This document shows positions 28,112 through 37,064 of a stretch of DNA of 64,000 bases, one piece after another; position 1 is the first letter of the stretch, and each line of letters starts with the position of its first letter. Source of the DNA: a virus; IMG/VR virus record IMGVR_UViG_3300030060_005695; one strand, 5' to 3'. The position numbers were made by a program, and so were the translations under genes. The notes under the pieces are model-generated. The model searched no databases. It was given only the letters and a program-made list of their open reading frames with translations, and was not told the origin of the DNA.

Positions 28112-29545
28112 ATGAATCTAATCGACGCTTTACAAACAAAAGACACACTGACAGAAAATGGTATGAGTACAAACTCATCCTCTTTAAATCACTGTGTCAA
28201 TCTTTTTTTCCAAATCGGAGCAATGCGAGGTATGGATAAGAAGAGACTACTCGCCAAAGTCTCTAAAGCGTTTAATGAAGACCCTCTCACAACAATTAAA
28301 ATTATTTTTTGGACACGTGATGTCCGTGGTGGAGCTGGTGAGAGACAAATCTTCAGAGATTGTTTATTATGGTTATGTGACAACCACAGAAATGTACTTA
28401 ATAAAAACATTCACTTAATTAGTGAATACGGTAGATGGGATGATGTATTAACATTAGTGGGTACAATGAATTGTTGGGAATCTGCTTTACACATAATTAA
28501 AACTGCGTTAGACAAACAAGATGGGTTATGTGCAAAGTGGATGCCAAGAAAAGGACCAAAAGCGAATATTATTCGTAGGTATTTAAAATTGTCACCCAAA
28601 CAATATCGTAAGTTATTAGTAGGACTTACAAATGTGGTTGAAACCAAGATGTGTGCAAAGGACTGGTCAAGTATCGAGTATTCGAAACTTCCGTCCCTAG
28701 CATCGTCAAGGTATCAGAAAACTTTCATGAAGAATGACGAGGAGAGGTATGAGGAGTACAAAAGAGCTTTAGTTGATGGTAAAACTACCATCAACTCTGG
28801 AGCTATATACCCTTATGACATTACTAAATCCATTAAATATGGTGGAGAAAAGGATGTTGCACAAGCACAATGGGAGTCTCTTCCAAATTACATGGAAGGA
28901 ATTAGTGAAAGAGTGTTACCTGTAGTTGATACCTCAGGTTCAATGACTACATCAGCAGGAAATAACGGTAAAGTTACTTGTATGGATGTGTCAACATCAT
29001 TGGGTCTGTATATCTCAGAGAGAAACGAAGGTGTATTCAAAAACACATTCATAACCTTCTCTTCGAGACCACAACTACAATTACTTGAAGGTTCGTTAGC
29101 CGATAGGTTAGACCAACTGGAGAGAGCAGATTGGGGAATGAATACTGATTTAAAAGCAACGTTTGAGTTAATCTTGGACCAAGCAGTAAAACATAATGTT
29201 CCACTATCACAGATGCCAACCAAAGTTCTTGTCCTTTCGGATATGGAGTTTGATGAAGCAATTGGTAGTAGAATGTATGATATATCAGATTGGAATCCAA
29301 CTGCACAAGAAATGATTAAAGGGATGTATGAGGAAGCTGGTTACGAAATGCCAGGAATTGTTTACTGGAATATCCAAAGTAGACAAGACAATGTACCAAC
29401 TCGTTTCGACGAGATGGGAACAGCATTAGTATCAGGATTCTCACCCTCAATCATGAAAAGTATTTTAAGCTGTGAGGAACTTACTCCTTATAATATGATG
29501 ATGGAGACTATTGGGTCCGCTCGATACGAATCTATTACGGTCTAA
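28112..29545 (+). CDS. DUF2828 family protein: helical N-terminal region plus C-terminal vWA domain
   Basis: RDVRGGAGER, YGRWDD, AKWMPR, MIDAS motif DTSGSM, LSDMEFD, VYWN, LVSGFSP. Confidence 0.85.
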   Translation: MNLIDALQTKDTLTENGMSTNSSSLNHCVNLFFQIGAMRGMDKKRLLAKVSKAFNEDPLTTIKIIFWTRDVRGGAGERQIFRDCLLWLCDNHRNVLNKNIHLISEYGRWDDVLTLVGTMNCWESALHIIKTALDKQDGLCAKWMPRKGPKANIIRRYLKLSPKQYRKLLVGLTNVVETKMCAKDWSSIEYSKLPSLASSRYQKTFMKNDEERYEEYKRALVDGKTTINSGAIYPYDITKSIKYGGEKDVAQAQWESLPNYMEGISERVLPVVDTSGSMTTSAGNNGKVTCMDVSTSLGLYISERNEGVFKNTFITFSSRPQLQLLEGSLADRLDQLERADWGMNTDLKATFELILDQAVKHNVPLSQMPTKVLVLSDMEFDEAIGSRMYDISDWNPTAQEMIKGMYEEAGYEMPGIVYWNIQSRQDNVPTRFDEMGTALVSGFSPSIMKSILSCEELTPYNMMMETIGSARYESITV

Positions 29546-29661
29546 TGGGTAGACCAAAGAATCTCTTCGGCAAATTAAACTAACAAAGAGAGAGAGGTGG
29601 ACATTATCCCCCACCTTAACGATAAAATAAACTAGGGATAAAAAATGATTCTGACTACCCA
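29546..29661 (+). ncRNA. Candidate structured RNA 1 with pseudoknot
   Basis: TGGGTAG/CTACCCA, AGAATC/GATTCT and AGGTGG/CCACCT helices; loop TTATCCC complementary to GGGATAA. Confidence 0.55.
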
Positions 29662-29702
29662 AAAGATTAAAATTCTTCACCCCAGGGTGATTTTTATATG
29701 AA

Positions 29703-29758
29703 AGGAAGATTACTGCAATCTTTACAATTACTAAAATTAAATTGAAACCTCTTCCTGA
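29703..29758 (+). ncRNA. Candidate structured RNA 2
   Basis: AGGAAGA/TCTTCCT closing stem; TTACTGCAAT follows the 5' arm, as CTTCGGCAAAT does in element 1. Confidence 0.45.
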
Positions 29759-29759
29759 G

Positions 29760-29795
29760 AATCCTCGTATTTAACCATACGGGGATTTTTCTTTT
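29760..29795 (+). terminator. Intrinsic terminator
   Basis: AATCCTCGTAT-loop-ATACGGGGATT followed by a T-rich tract. Confidence 0.7.
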
Positions 29796-29823
29796 ATGAG
29801 AATTTTTTCTATATTTATTATAT

Positions 29824-30384
29824 ATGAGAAAGTTATTAACAATATTACTAATGGTGTTGTCGTTTACATCCTATTCACAATGTGTAATTAATCAGTCACA
29901 TGTTATATCTCCAGCTGGTCCTTATTCTCCAGGACAAACTGTGACAGTGTGGTATACACTACAAGATTATACCGGGATAAATATAAACTGGATACATGCC
30001 ATCCAAATCAATCTAGGAATTGGGTGGGTGAACCTAACACCAACACAAGCTCCAGGTAATCCATTAGGCTCAACAGGTAATTGGTTGTGGGATTTACAAC
30101 ATACATACCCCGGAGGGTTTAACTTTGGGCCAGGTTGGAGATTTGTTAATGCAGGAACAGCTGGATGGGGAACCAGTTCTAACGGTCCATTTATCACTAG
30201 TTTTCAAATAACAGTTGGACAAACATGTACAAACGAAGATTTAAGTATTAGTATAGAGGTTTTCGATGATTGTACAACAGGAGGTTGGGCTAACGGAAAT
30301 TGTTGTAACGACCCAGCATATCAAATATACAACGGAACCGTTCAAGTAGTGATACCCACTACATCGAACATAAATCATTATTAA
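29824..30384 (+). CDS. Secreted beta-rich protein ending PTTSNINHY
   Basis: Signal peptide ending SYS-Q; TATTTAT at 29812-29818. Confidence 0.7.
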   Translation: MRKLLTILLMVLSFTSYSQCVINQSHVISPAGPYSPGQTVTVWYTLQDYTGININWIHAIQINLGIGWVNLTPTQAPGNPLGSTGNWLWDLQHTYPGGFNFGPGWRFVNAGTAGWGTSSNGPFITSFQITVGQTCTNEDLSISIEVFDDCTTGGWANGNCCNDPAYQIYNGTVQVVIPTTSNINHY

Positions 30385-30395
30385 AAAAATAAATT

Positions 30396-30935
30396 ATGAA
30401 AAGAATTTTAACAGTTTTATTAATCCTAATAGGATTAACGACTTACGGTCAAACAACAATCAACCCAGACACAGTATGTGCAAACGCAGTAGGTGAACAG
30501 TATTTTGTTACTAATACCCCTACATCAACTTATAACTGGACTATCACAGGTGGTGGTGGTGTTTTACAAACAGGACAAGGAACCAATTCAATCACAGTAG
30601 ATTGGGGAGGTGTTAGTGGACTTTTTCCAAACGCTGTTGAAGTTATTGAAACCAATGCAGCCAACTGTCCTGGAACACCCGTATTATTAGATGTGTTTGT
30701 ACTAGATTTAAATGGGAATGCAATTGGACCATTCTGTCCAGGAGACCCAACAACTCCATTAGTAGGAACACCAGCAGGTGGAACATGGTCAGGAACAGGT
30801 GTAGTAGCAAATTCATTCCAACCATCAACAGGGGTGGGGAATTACGTATTAACTTATTCTATGGCTGGTTGTAACACAACAATAAATGTGGTCGTTAATA
30901 ACGGACCAGTTACAGGACCAATCCAACACTACTAA
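30396..30935 (+). CDS. Secreted PKD/Ig-like protein ending PVTGPIQHY
   Basis: Signal peptide ending TYG-Q; YNWTITGG...NSITVDW; PAGGTWSG. Confidence 0.75.
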   Translation: MKRILTVLLILIGLTTYGQTTINPDTVCANAVGEQYFVTNTPTSTYNWTITGGGGVLQTGQGTNSITVDWGGVSGLFPNAVEVIETNAANCPGTPVLLDVFVLDLNGNAIGPFCPGDPTTPLVGTPAGGTWSGTGVVANSFQPSTGVGNYVLTYSMAGCNTTINVVVNNGPVTGPIQHY

Positions 30936-30936
30936 T

Positions 30937-31467
30937 ATGAGATGGTTAGTATATATACTACTACCACTTCAATTATTTGCTCAAGAAACTTACACTAATT
31001 GTGAGGGGATAGCACCACAAAATTATCAAGTAAGTTATGATGCGGATAAGGTATATTATTGGGATATAATAGGTGGAGAAATACTATACAATAATAATAA
31101 TTCTATTACTGTACAATGGCCTGATTCTATAGGTACCTATATTTTATCGGTACACACAACTAGATTTGGTTGTGAAGGAGATACATCCTACCATGAAGTA
31201 ATTGTGGAGGATTGTCCTTATCTACAAATATTTGTGCCTAACTCGTTCACACCAAACCAGGACGATTACAATGAAACATTTTATGTTCACGGTGCTGATA
31301 AAGACGATATAGAGTTAATGGTTATATATAATAGATGGGGTGAAGTGATATATCAAACAACAGATAACATTCCATGGGATGGAAAGAATTGCCAGGTAGG
31401 GGTCTACACATACTCGATTAGGACACACAACCAACATTATACAGGACACGTTACTTTGATAAGGTAG
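30937..31467 (+). CDS. Secreted protein with T9SS type B (gliding-motility-associated) C-terminal domain
   Basis: Signal peptide LFA-Q; VPNSFTPNQDDYNETF...IYNRWGE...WDG...GVYTY...GHVTLIR. Confidence 0.85.
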   Translation: MRWLVYILLPLQLFAQETYTNCEGIAPQNYQVSYDADKVYYWDIIGGEILYNNNNSITVQWPDSIGTYILSVHTTRFGCEGDTSYHEVIVEDCPYLQIFVPNSFTPNQDDYNETFYVHGADKDDIELMVIYNRWGEVIYQTTDNIPWDGKNCQVGVYTYSIRTHNQHYTGHVTLIR

Positions 31468-31573
31468 TTTGAACTTGTAAGATTTTGAAAATCAAAAATA
31501 ATCTAATAGTGGACAATCTTAATTATTTTTTCTATTTATTATATGAAATAATAATTAAATTAAAAATTAAAAA

Positions 31574-32365
31574 ATGAAAAGAATTTTATTAGCACTATTA
31601 GTCTTGCTTGGACTACAAACACAAGCACAAATCAATCTTTGTGACTCAATGACTGCATCGGGAGCACAAACTCAGCTAGTACTCCAAGTTAATAATGCAA
31701 ATACATTTATTGATTATTGGTGTACAAATTCCACATGTGGTTCATTACTAGGAGAGGATAGTATGAGTTTATATCATAATGTATATAACTCAAACCTTCA
31801 TGATACAATTGTTACTTGTATTACTTATGGTATGGGAGCCACTAATACATGTTGTGTAACCTGGATATGGGATGCAAATATGTGGTTAAAAATGAGTATG
31901 CAACAACAACCTTATTTTTGTTGTGACTCAATAACATACTGGACAGACCAAAGTCAAGGATTAACTGTTGGTCTTGATACAACAAACATGGTTCATAATC
32001 CTGACTCTATGACAGTATACTGGGGAGTATGTACTGGATATGCAGGAGCTGGTATATGTTATGCAGGAAATGGTATAAGTGATTATTTTCCTCAAGTCAC
32101 AACATCAGATACAATAAAGGTTGGTTATGATGTGTCTATTTACGAAAATGGTTCAGTAGAATACTGTAGTATGGAAGAATGGTTAATATTTGACCAAAAC
32201 ACATATTCATGGGTATTACTTAATATGTTACCAACTTCAATAAATGAATTAACATTTAATAGAAGTAATGATGGTAAAATTTATGATTTACTAGGTAGAG
32301 AATTAACTGAAATACCAGTAGGTAAATTATATATTAGAAATCAAAAATTATATATTACTAGATAA
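31574..32365 (+). CDS. Secreted Cys-containing protein with abbreviated T9SS type A-like CTD
   Basis: Signal peptide TQA-Q; TSINE...KIYDLLGRE...GKLYIRNQKLYI. Confidence 0.7.
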   Translation: MKRILLALLVLLGLQTQAQINLCDSMTASGAQTQLVLQVNNANTFIDYWCTNSTCGSLLGEDSMSLYHNVYNSNLHDTIVTCITYGMGATNTCCVTWIWDANMWLKMSMQQQPYFCCDSITYWTDQSQGLTVGLDTTNMVHNPDSMTVYWGVCTGYAGAGICYAGNGISDYFPQVTTSDTIKVGYDVSIYENGSVEYCSMEEWLIFDQNTYSWVLLNMLPTSINELTFNRSNDGKIYDLLGRELTEIPVGKLYIRNQKLYITR

Positions 32366-32387
32366 TAGTTACCACTATAAAATAATT

Positions 32388-32419
32388 AAACCGAAACTTA
32401 AAACTTTCGGTTTTTTTTT
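32388..32419 (+). terminator. Intrinsic terminator
   Basis: AAACCGAAA/TTTCGGTTT hairpin plus T run. Confidence 0.65.
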
Positions 32420-32432
32420 ATATATTTGTAAT

Positions 32433-33338
32433 ATGAACTTAGGATATGCTTGTATAAACATGACACTTGGGGGACAGAAACCCAAGATTACTACTAATAG
32501 GTCTATGATTAAAAAAACCTTTATAGATAGGGGTATAGACTATGCGGGAGAACTTTCCCTACTTAATTCCAGAGATTTATGTGAAATAGTAAAATGGAAT
32601 GTAGAGAACGGAATTAATTTTTTTAGAATCTCTTCCGATATTTTTCCTTGGGCGTCAGAATACAACATAGAAGACCTACCTCAATATCAAAGAATCAAGA
32701 CTGTTCTTTCTAGTTGTGGTAATTACGCTAGAGATAATGGTGTTAGATTAACTTCACACCCAGGACCATTTAATGTCCTGGTTTCACCCCGAGAACATGT
32801 GGTACAAAATACAATAACGGACCTAACCAACCACGGTAAGGTATTTGATTTACTGGGACTAGATAGAACACCATACAATAAAATCAATATACATTGTAAT
32901 GGTGTATATGGGGATAAACAATCTGCTCTAGATAGATTCTGTAAAAACTTTGAGTTACTTCCTGAATCAGTACAGACACGTCTTACAGTTGAAAATGATG
33001 ATAAGGCAACTATGTACTCAGTAAAAGACTTAATGTATATACATGAACGTATTGGTATTCCTATTGTATTTGATTATCACCACCATAAGTTTTGTACGGG
33101 TGACATGACAGAACAAGAAGCCCTTGAGTTAGCCATCTCTACATGGCCTAAAGGTATAACACCAGTGGTGCATTATTCAGAGTCCAAAGCTTTACACGAA
33201 AGTAATGATAAATTAAAACCACAAGCACACTCAGACTACATAAATGACCTACCAAATACATATGGTAATAAGGTAGATATTATGGTGGAATCTAAAGCAA
33301 AAGAATTGTCTATTTTACCTCACATAAATTTAATATAG
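32433..33338 (+). CDS. uvsE: UV-damage endonuclease
   Basis: LGYACIN, FFRISS, HPGPF, INIH, VENDD, FDYHHH, HYSE, AHSD, MVESKAKE. Confidence 0.93.
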   Translation: MNLGYACINMTLGGQKPKITTNRSMIKKTFIDRGIDYAGELSLLNSRDLCEIVKWNVENGINFFRISSDIFPWASEYNIEDLPQYQRIKTVLSSCGNYARDNGVRLTSHPGPFNVLVSPREHVVQNTITDLTNHGKVFDLLGLDRTPYNKINIHCNGVYGDKQSALDRFCKNFELLPESVQTRLTVENDDKATMYSVKDLMYIHERIGIPIVFDYHHHKFCTGDMTEQEALELAISTWPKGITPVVHYSESKALHESNDKLKPQAHSDYINDLPNTYGNKVDIMVESKAKELSILPHINLI

Positions 33339-33388
33339 ATTTAACGATTTCTTAACATTGAATGCTCCAACTAATCCTATTTATTAGT

Positions 33389-33472
33389 ATGGAACAAGAA
33401 GTAAAAAAAATAGACATAGCCCCAATTATTTACATTGTATTAATGGTTGTGGTTTTTAGTTTAGCGTTATAA
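33389..33472 (+). CDS. 27-aa single-helix membrane peptide
   Basis: MEQEVKKIDIAPIIYIVLMVVVFSLAL; TATTTAT at 33378-33384. Confidence 0.45.
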   Translation: MEQEVKKIDIAPIIYIVLMVVVFSLAL

Positions 33473-33531
33473 CATTAGTAGGTCTCAGTATACGGAGGTT
33501 CAACAACCATAAGGGTTCTGAAAATGTTGTT

Positions 33532-33553
33532 AGAGGTTCATACCTCTTTTTTT
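33532..33553 (+). terminator. Intrinsic terminator
   Basis: AGAGGT/ACCTCT hairpin plus T run. Confidence 0.55.
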
Positions 33554-33603
33554 ATGCCTTATTGTTTGGTCACTTCTTTAATTTTTCTTATCTTTGTACT
33601 ATA

Positions 33604-33706
33604 CAAGGAGGTGGCACACAGGGTCTGATAACTAATAGATTATTTCATAGCTGGTGTAGATTGGGCAGAACTCTAAAGGAGAAAGGAACCCCCCTCCTTG
33701 TTTTTT
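33604..33706 (+). ncRNA. Candidate ~97-nt ncRNA with its own promoter
   Basis: TTTG-N20-TATCTTTG (33565-33596), then CAAGGAGG...CCTCCTTG terminal stem and T6. Confidence 0.55.
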
Positions 33707-33718
33707 AAAAATTAATAT

Positions 33719-33937
33719 ATGATGGATAACTTTATAAACACAGGTATAGTAAATTCTTACAAGTTAATTGTGGGAGAAAAAACAATGGATGAATTGGTGG
33801 AAAAATCAAAAATACCAATATTCTTTATCCACCCAGAAGAAAATTACGATAATGAAGATTTGGATACCATGATAGATTATTTCATATCTACAGAAGAATA
33901 TGAGAAATGTGCGACATTAACTAAACTAAAGAAATAA
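33719..33937 (+). CDS. Small protein with UVR-like EEYEKC motif
   Basis: YFISTEEYEKCATL, similar to ORF 22570. Confidence 0.6.
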   Translation: MMDNFINTGIVNSYKLIVGEKTMDELVEKSKIPIFFIHPEENYDNEDLDTMIDYFISTEEYEKCATLTKLKK

Positions 33938-34067
33938 GTGTGAAAGAGATAGATATACTCCTAGAACGGTGGATACCCGTAAATACCATAATAAGAGCTG
34001 AAGTACGAGCTGCTATAGTTAAAGAAATAGAAAAACAAAGAAACGAAGAAAGAATAAAAATAAGAAA

Positions 34068-35372
34068 ATGAACGAAAGCAAAGATTTAAAAAGAATACAA
34101 GAATTTGTGGATAAACTAAAAGCCACCAACTCAACTAATGATAAGATTGATATTATTAAAGAGTACAAGGATGACTATCTGATTAACCAGGTTTTAAAAT
34201 ACACATATTCACCATTCAAACAATTTCATTTAACTAGTACAACAGTAAAGAAGAATAAAAAATTAGAATCTAAAATAGGTTATAATGATTTGTTTTATTT
34301 GTTGGACGCATTAAGTAAACGTACGATAACAGGACATGACGCAATCCAGTATACCAAAGGTTATATTGCTGCTATGGAGGATTGGCAAAAAGATTTAATA
34401 TTCTGTATTTTAGATAAAAACTTAAAGACAAGAACGGGAGCGGACCTAATCAACAAAGCAATTCCAAAATGTGTCCCTACTTTCAAGGTAGCACTAGCTA
34501 ACTCTTATGATAAACAAAAGGGTAAAGTTGATTTTAATAAACAAACTTGGTTCGCCTCCCAAAAGTTAGACGGTGTAAGATGTTTAGCGATAGTAGATGA
34601 AAATGGTAAATGTAATTTCTATTCAAGACAAGGTAAAACATTTGATACTTTAGATACCCTTAGAAAAGAAATAGAGAGTTTAGGACTAACTAATGTTGTA
34701 TTTGATGGTGAGGTATGTATTGTGGATGATAATGGTGTAGAAGACTTCCAAGGGATTATGAAGGAAATTAAAAGAAAAGACCACACCATTGAAAATCCTA
34801 AATATAAAATATTTGATTATCTTACACTAGAAGAATTTGACACACAAACCAGTACAAGAAATTTAAGTTTAAGATTAAGTACTTGTGTTAGACCTAAACT
34901 AAATTGTATAGAAATGTTAGAACAATGGAAAGTAGAGTCAGATGAACACTTCCAAGAGTTGGCAGAACTAGCAACTAAAAATAACTGGGAAGGTTTAATG
35001 TTACGTAAAGATTGTGAGTACAAAGGAAAAAGAAGTAATGACTTATTAAAAGTTAAGAAATTCTTTGATGAAGAATATGTGGTAAAAGGTGTTGAAGTTG
35101 CGGTTCACAGAATTATTGTAGATGGTTTAGAAGTAGAAGAAGAAATGTTAAGTAACGTTATAATAGAACATAAGGGTTGTGAAGTAAGAGTAGGTTCTGG
35201 TTTTGACCATGAAGAAAGAAGAATGTATTATGTTCCTGATTTTCACCCAGACAGTTTAGTCGGAAAAACAATTACAGTACAATACTTTGAAGAAACCCTT
35301 AACCAGGATGGTTGTCACTCATTAAGATTTCCCGTTGTAAAACATGTGTATGATGGGGAGAGAACTACTTAA
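34068..35372 (+). CDS. ATP-dependent DNA ligase
   Basis: KLDGVR, FDGE, EGLMLR, LLKVK, VGSG, SLRFP. Confidence 0.95.
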   Translation: MNESKDLKRIQEFVDKLKATNSTNDKIDIIKEYKDDYLINQVLKYTYSPFKQFHLTSTTVKKNKKLESKIGYNDLFYLLDALSKRTITGHDAIQYTKGYIAAMEDWQKDLIFCILDKNLKTRTGADLINKAIPKCVPTFKVALANSYDKQKGKVDFNKQTWFASQKLDGVRCLAIVDENGKCNFYSRQGKTFDTLDTLRKEIESLGLTNVVFDGEVCIVDDNGVEDFQGIMKEIKRKDHTIENPKYKIFDYLTLEEFDTQTSTRNLSLRLSTCVRPKLNCIEMLEQWKVESDEHFQELAELATKNNWEGLMLRKDCEYKGKRSNDLLKVKKFFDEEYVVKGVEVAVHRIIVDGLEVEEEMLSNVIIEHKGCEVRVGSGFDHEERRMYYVPDFHPDSLVGKTITVQYFEETLNQDGCHSLRFPVVKHVYDGERTT

Positions 35373-36258
35373 AGTTACCCAAGAAAGGCCACAATTCATC
35401 ATCAATAAGAACCTTAGTAACCGAAGGTAACAACCAAGGAGAAACGTTTGATAATTTCATACCATTAGTTAACCATAAAAATACTTGTTGATTTTTAAGT
35501 GCTGACACCTGAGCTTCACCAAATGTACCAGCTCCAGCTGTACCATCAAAGTTAATGAGATTAGTATCACATACTTGTAACATATATAAATCTTGGTGTA
35601 CAATTTGTTCCCTTATTTTTTCTTGAAATATTTTAAATTCTTCTGGTGTTAATTCGTTAGATTTCCATTTTTTAAACATGTCTTTAAATTCTGTATCAGC
35701 TTCTCTAACAGTTTCTGCTCTCATAGGATTTAAAAGTACTGGTGGAGTCAACCCTTCATAACTTAGTTCCCCTGTTGTTACAAGAGTAAGTAGTCTTTCA
35801 TCCTTTACAACATGACTAGGACCATAAAAATCTTCTACCTGAGTCCTCCAAGAAACAGCGTCTTTTGCAAAATCAATTCCCCCACCAAGATACATAGCCT
35901 TAGGGGTGAATATACCAACAGTAGAAGTAGGGTCCATCACATCTAAAATATCAATGGTCTGTTTAATTTCATCCATTGATGCGTTAATTAAAAAATTAGT
36001 TGCTTTATCAGTGATATAACGTTTAACCCACTTTAATAGTTTTCCTATTGTAGTTTTCGCTTTAATTTCTGGTATACCTTTATAGGATATTTGTTCGTCT
36101 ATGTCCGTATATTCTTCTTCAGAATTCATACTAACTGTATCGGTTAAATCATCACGTAGTTTTTGACGAGCATCTAAAGGCATCATCAATAGTTCATCTT
36201 GAATGTCTGTGATATCTACAACTTCTTCTTTTAAAATTTTTCTAATTAAGTTTTTCAT
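35365..36258 (-). CDS. Nucleoside 2-deoxyribosyltransferase/Rcl-like N-glycosidase with N-terminal MKNLIRKILKEE tag
   Basis: YLGGGI...SWR...LNP...DLYMLQVCD...GTFGE...VFLW pattern. Confidence 0.7.
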   Translation of the reverse strand: MKNLIRKILKEEVVDITDIQDELLMMPLDARQKLRDDLTDTVSMNSEEEYTDIDEQISYKGIPEIKAKTTIGKLLKWVKRYITDKATNFLINASMDEIKQTIDILDVMDPTSTVGIFTPKAMYLGGGIDFAKDAVSWRTQVEDFYGPSHVVKDERLLTLVTTGELSYEGLTPPVLLNPMRAETVREADTEFKDMFKKWKSNELTPEEFKIFQEKIREQIVHQDLYMLQVCDTNLINFDGTAGAGTFGEAQVSALKNQQVFLWLTNGMKLSNVSPWLLPSVTKVLIDDELWPFLGNFK

Positions 36259-37064
36259 TAATAATCTGTATTAGCTTTTTCACCTTTCATTATTTCTAAT
36301 CCTGCAGAAGTACCTATTCGGGAAGCTCCAGCATCAACCATTTTTTCAAGGTCTTCTCTACTATAAATACCCCCAGAAGCTTTAACTTTTAATGGACCTG
36401 CATTTATAGACATTATTGATACGTCATCTACAGTTGCCCCACCAGGACCACCATCTTCAGGTTTATAAAATCCTGTGGAAGTTTTTACAAAAACATCACT
36501 TGCTTTTTGTTCCCCAACTGTTTCTATAACGACATCTCTAATTAAACTTGTTAATTCAGCAACTTGGTCTGAAGTTAACGCTGCAGACTCTATAATCCAT
36601 TTCACCACTCTACCCTCATCTATCCCTATAGATGTACCTTCACTAACCTCATTCTTAACTTTATCCAAATCACCATTTTTAAAAGCATTGTAGTCAACAA
36701 CAAAATCTAATTCATCAACATTATTGTTAATAGCTTCCATAGCTTCACTTATTTTTTCACTAATACTAGCATCCCCACCAGGGAAACCAATAACAGTACC
36801 AACTAGAAGGTCTGAATCATACTCTTTAATCATTTGGTCAGCTAAACTAACAAACTCAGGTCTTATCATAACTAACTTCATATTGTGGTCTATAGCATCT
36901 TGAATAGTTTTGGAGACTAATCTAGTAGTCTCATCATCACTAATACCTGCTTGGTCCGAGGTTTTTAAATAAGTAGAGTCTATATATTGACCTATATTAT
37001 CCCCTTCTGTTAGTCTAATTAGTTCTTTAATCCTTCGGATGTCTTCTGTAATCATATCTTTCAT
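36258..37064 (-). CDS. deoC: Deoxyribose-phosphate aldolase with N-terminal extension
   Basis: TVIGFP, ELDFV, KWIIE, FVKTSTGF (Schiff-base Lys), VKASGGI, RIGTS. Confidence 0.93.
   Translation of the reverse strand: MKDMITEDIRRIKELIRLTEGDNIGQYIDSTYLKTSDQAGISDDETTRLVSKTIQDAIDHNMKLVMIRPEFVSLADQMIKEYDSDLLVGTVIGFPGGDASISEKISEAMEAINNNVDELDFVVDYNAFKNGDLDKVKNEVSEGTSIGIDEGRVVKWIIESAALTSDQVAELTSLIRDVVIETVGEQKASDVFVKTSTGFYKPEDGGPGGATVDDVSIMSINAGPLKVKASGGIYSREDLEKMVDAGASRIGTSAGLEIMKGEKANTDY

Noticed and set aside
29546-29661. Element 1 as a canonical Y RNA, tmRNA or known riboswitch
   Set aside because: No recognisable Y RNA bulged helix, tRNA-like domain or aptamer consensus; kept as an unclassified candidate.
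36850-36890. Met in place of the aldehyde-sensitive DeoC Cys (LVMIRP) as a phage innovation
   Set aside because: From memory, flavobacterial DeoC proteins have a similar MIRP motif, so it is probably inherited; an alignment is needed.
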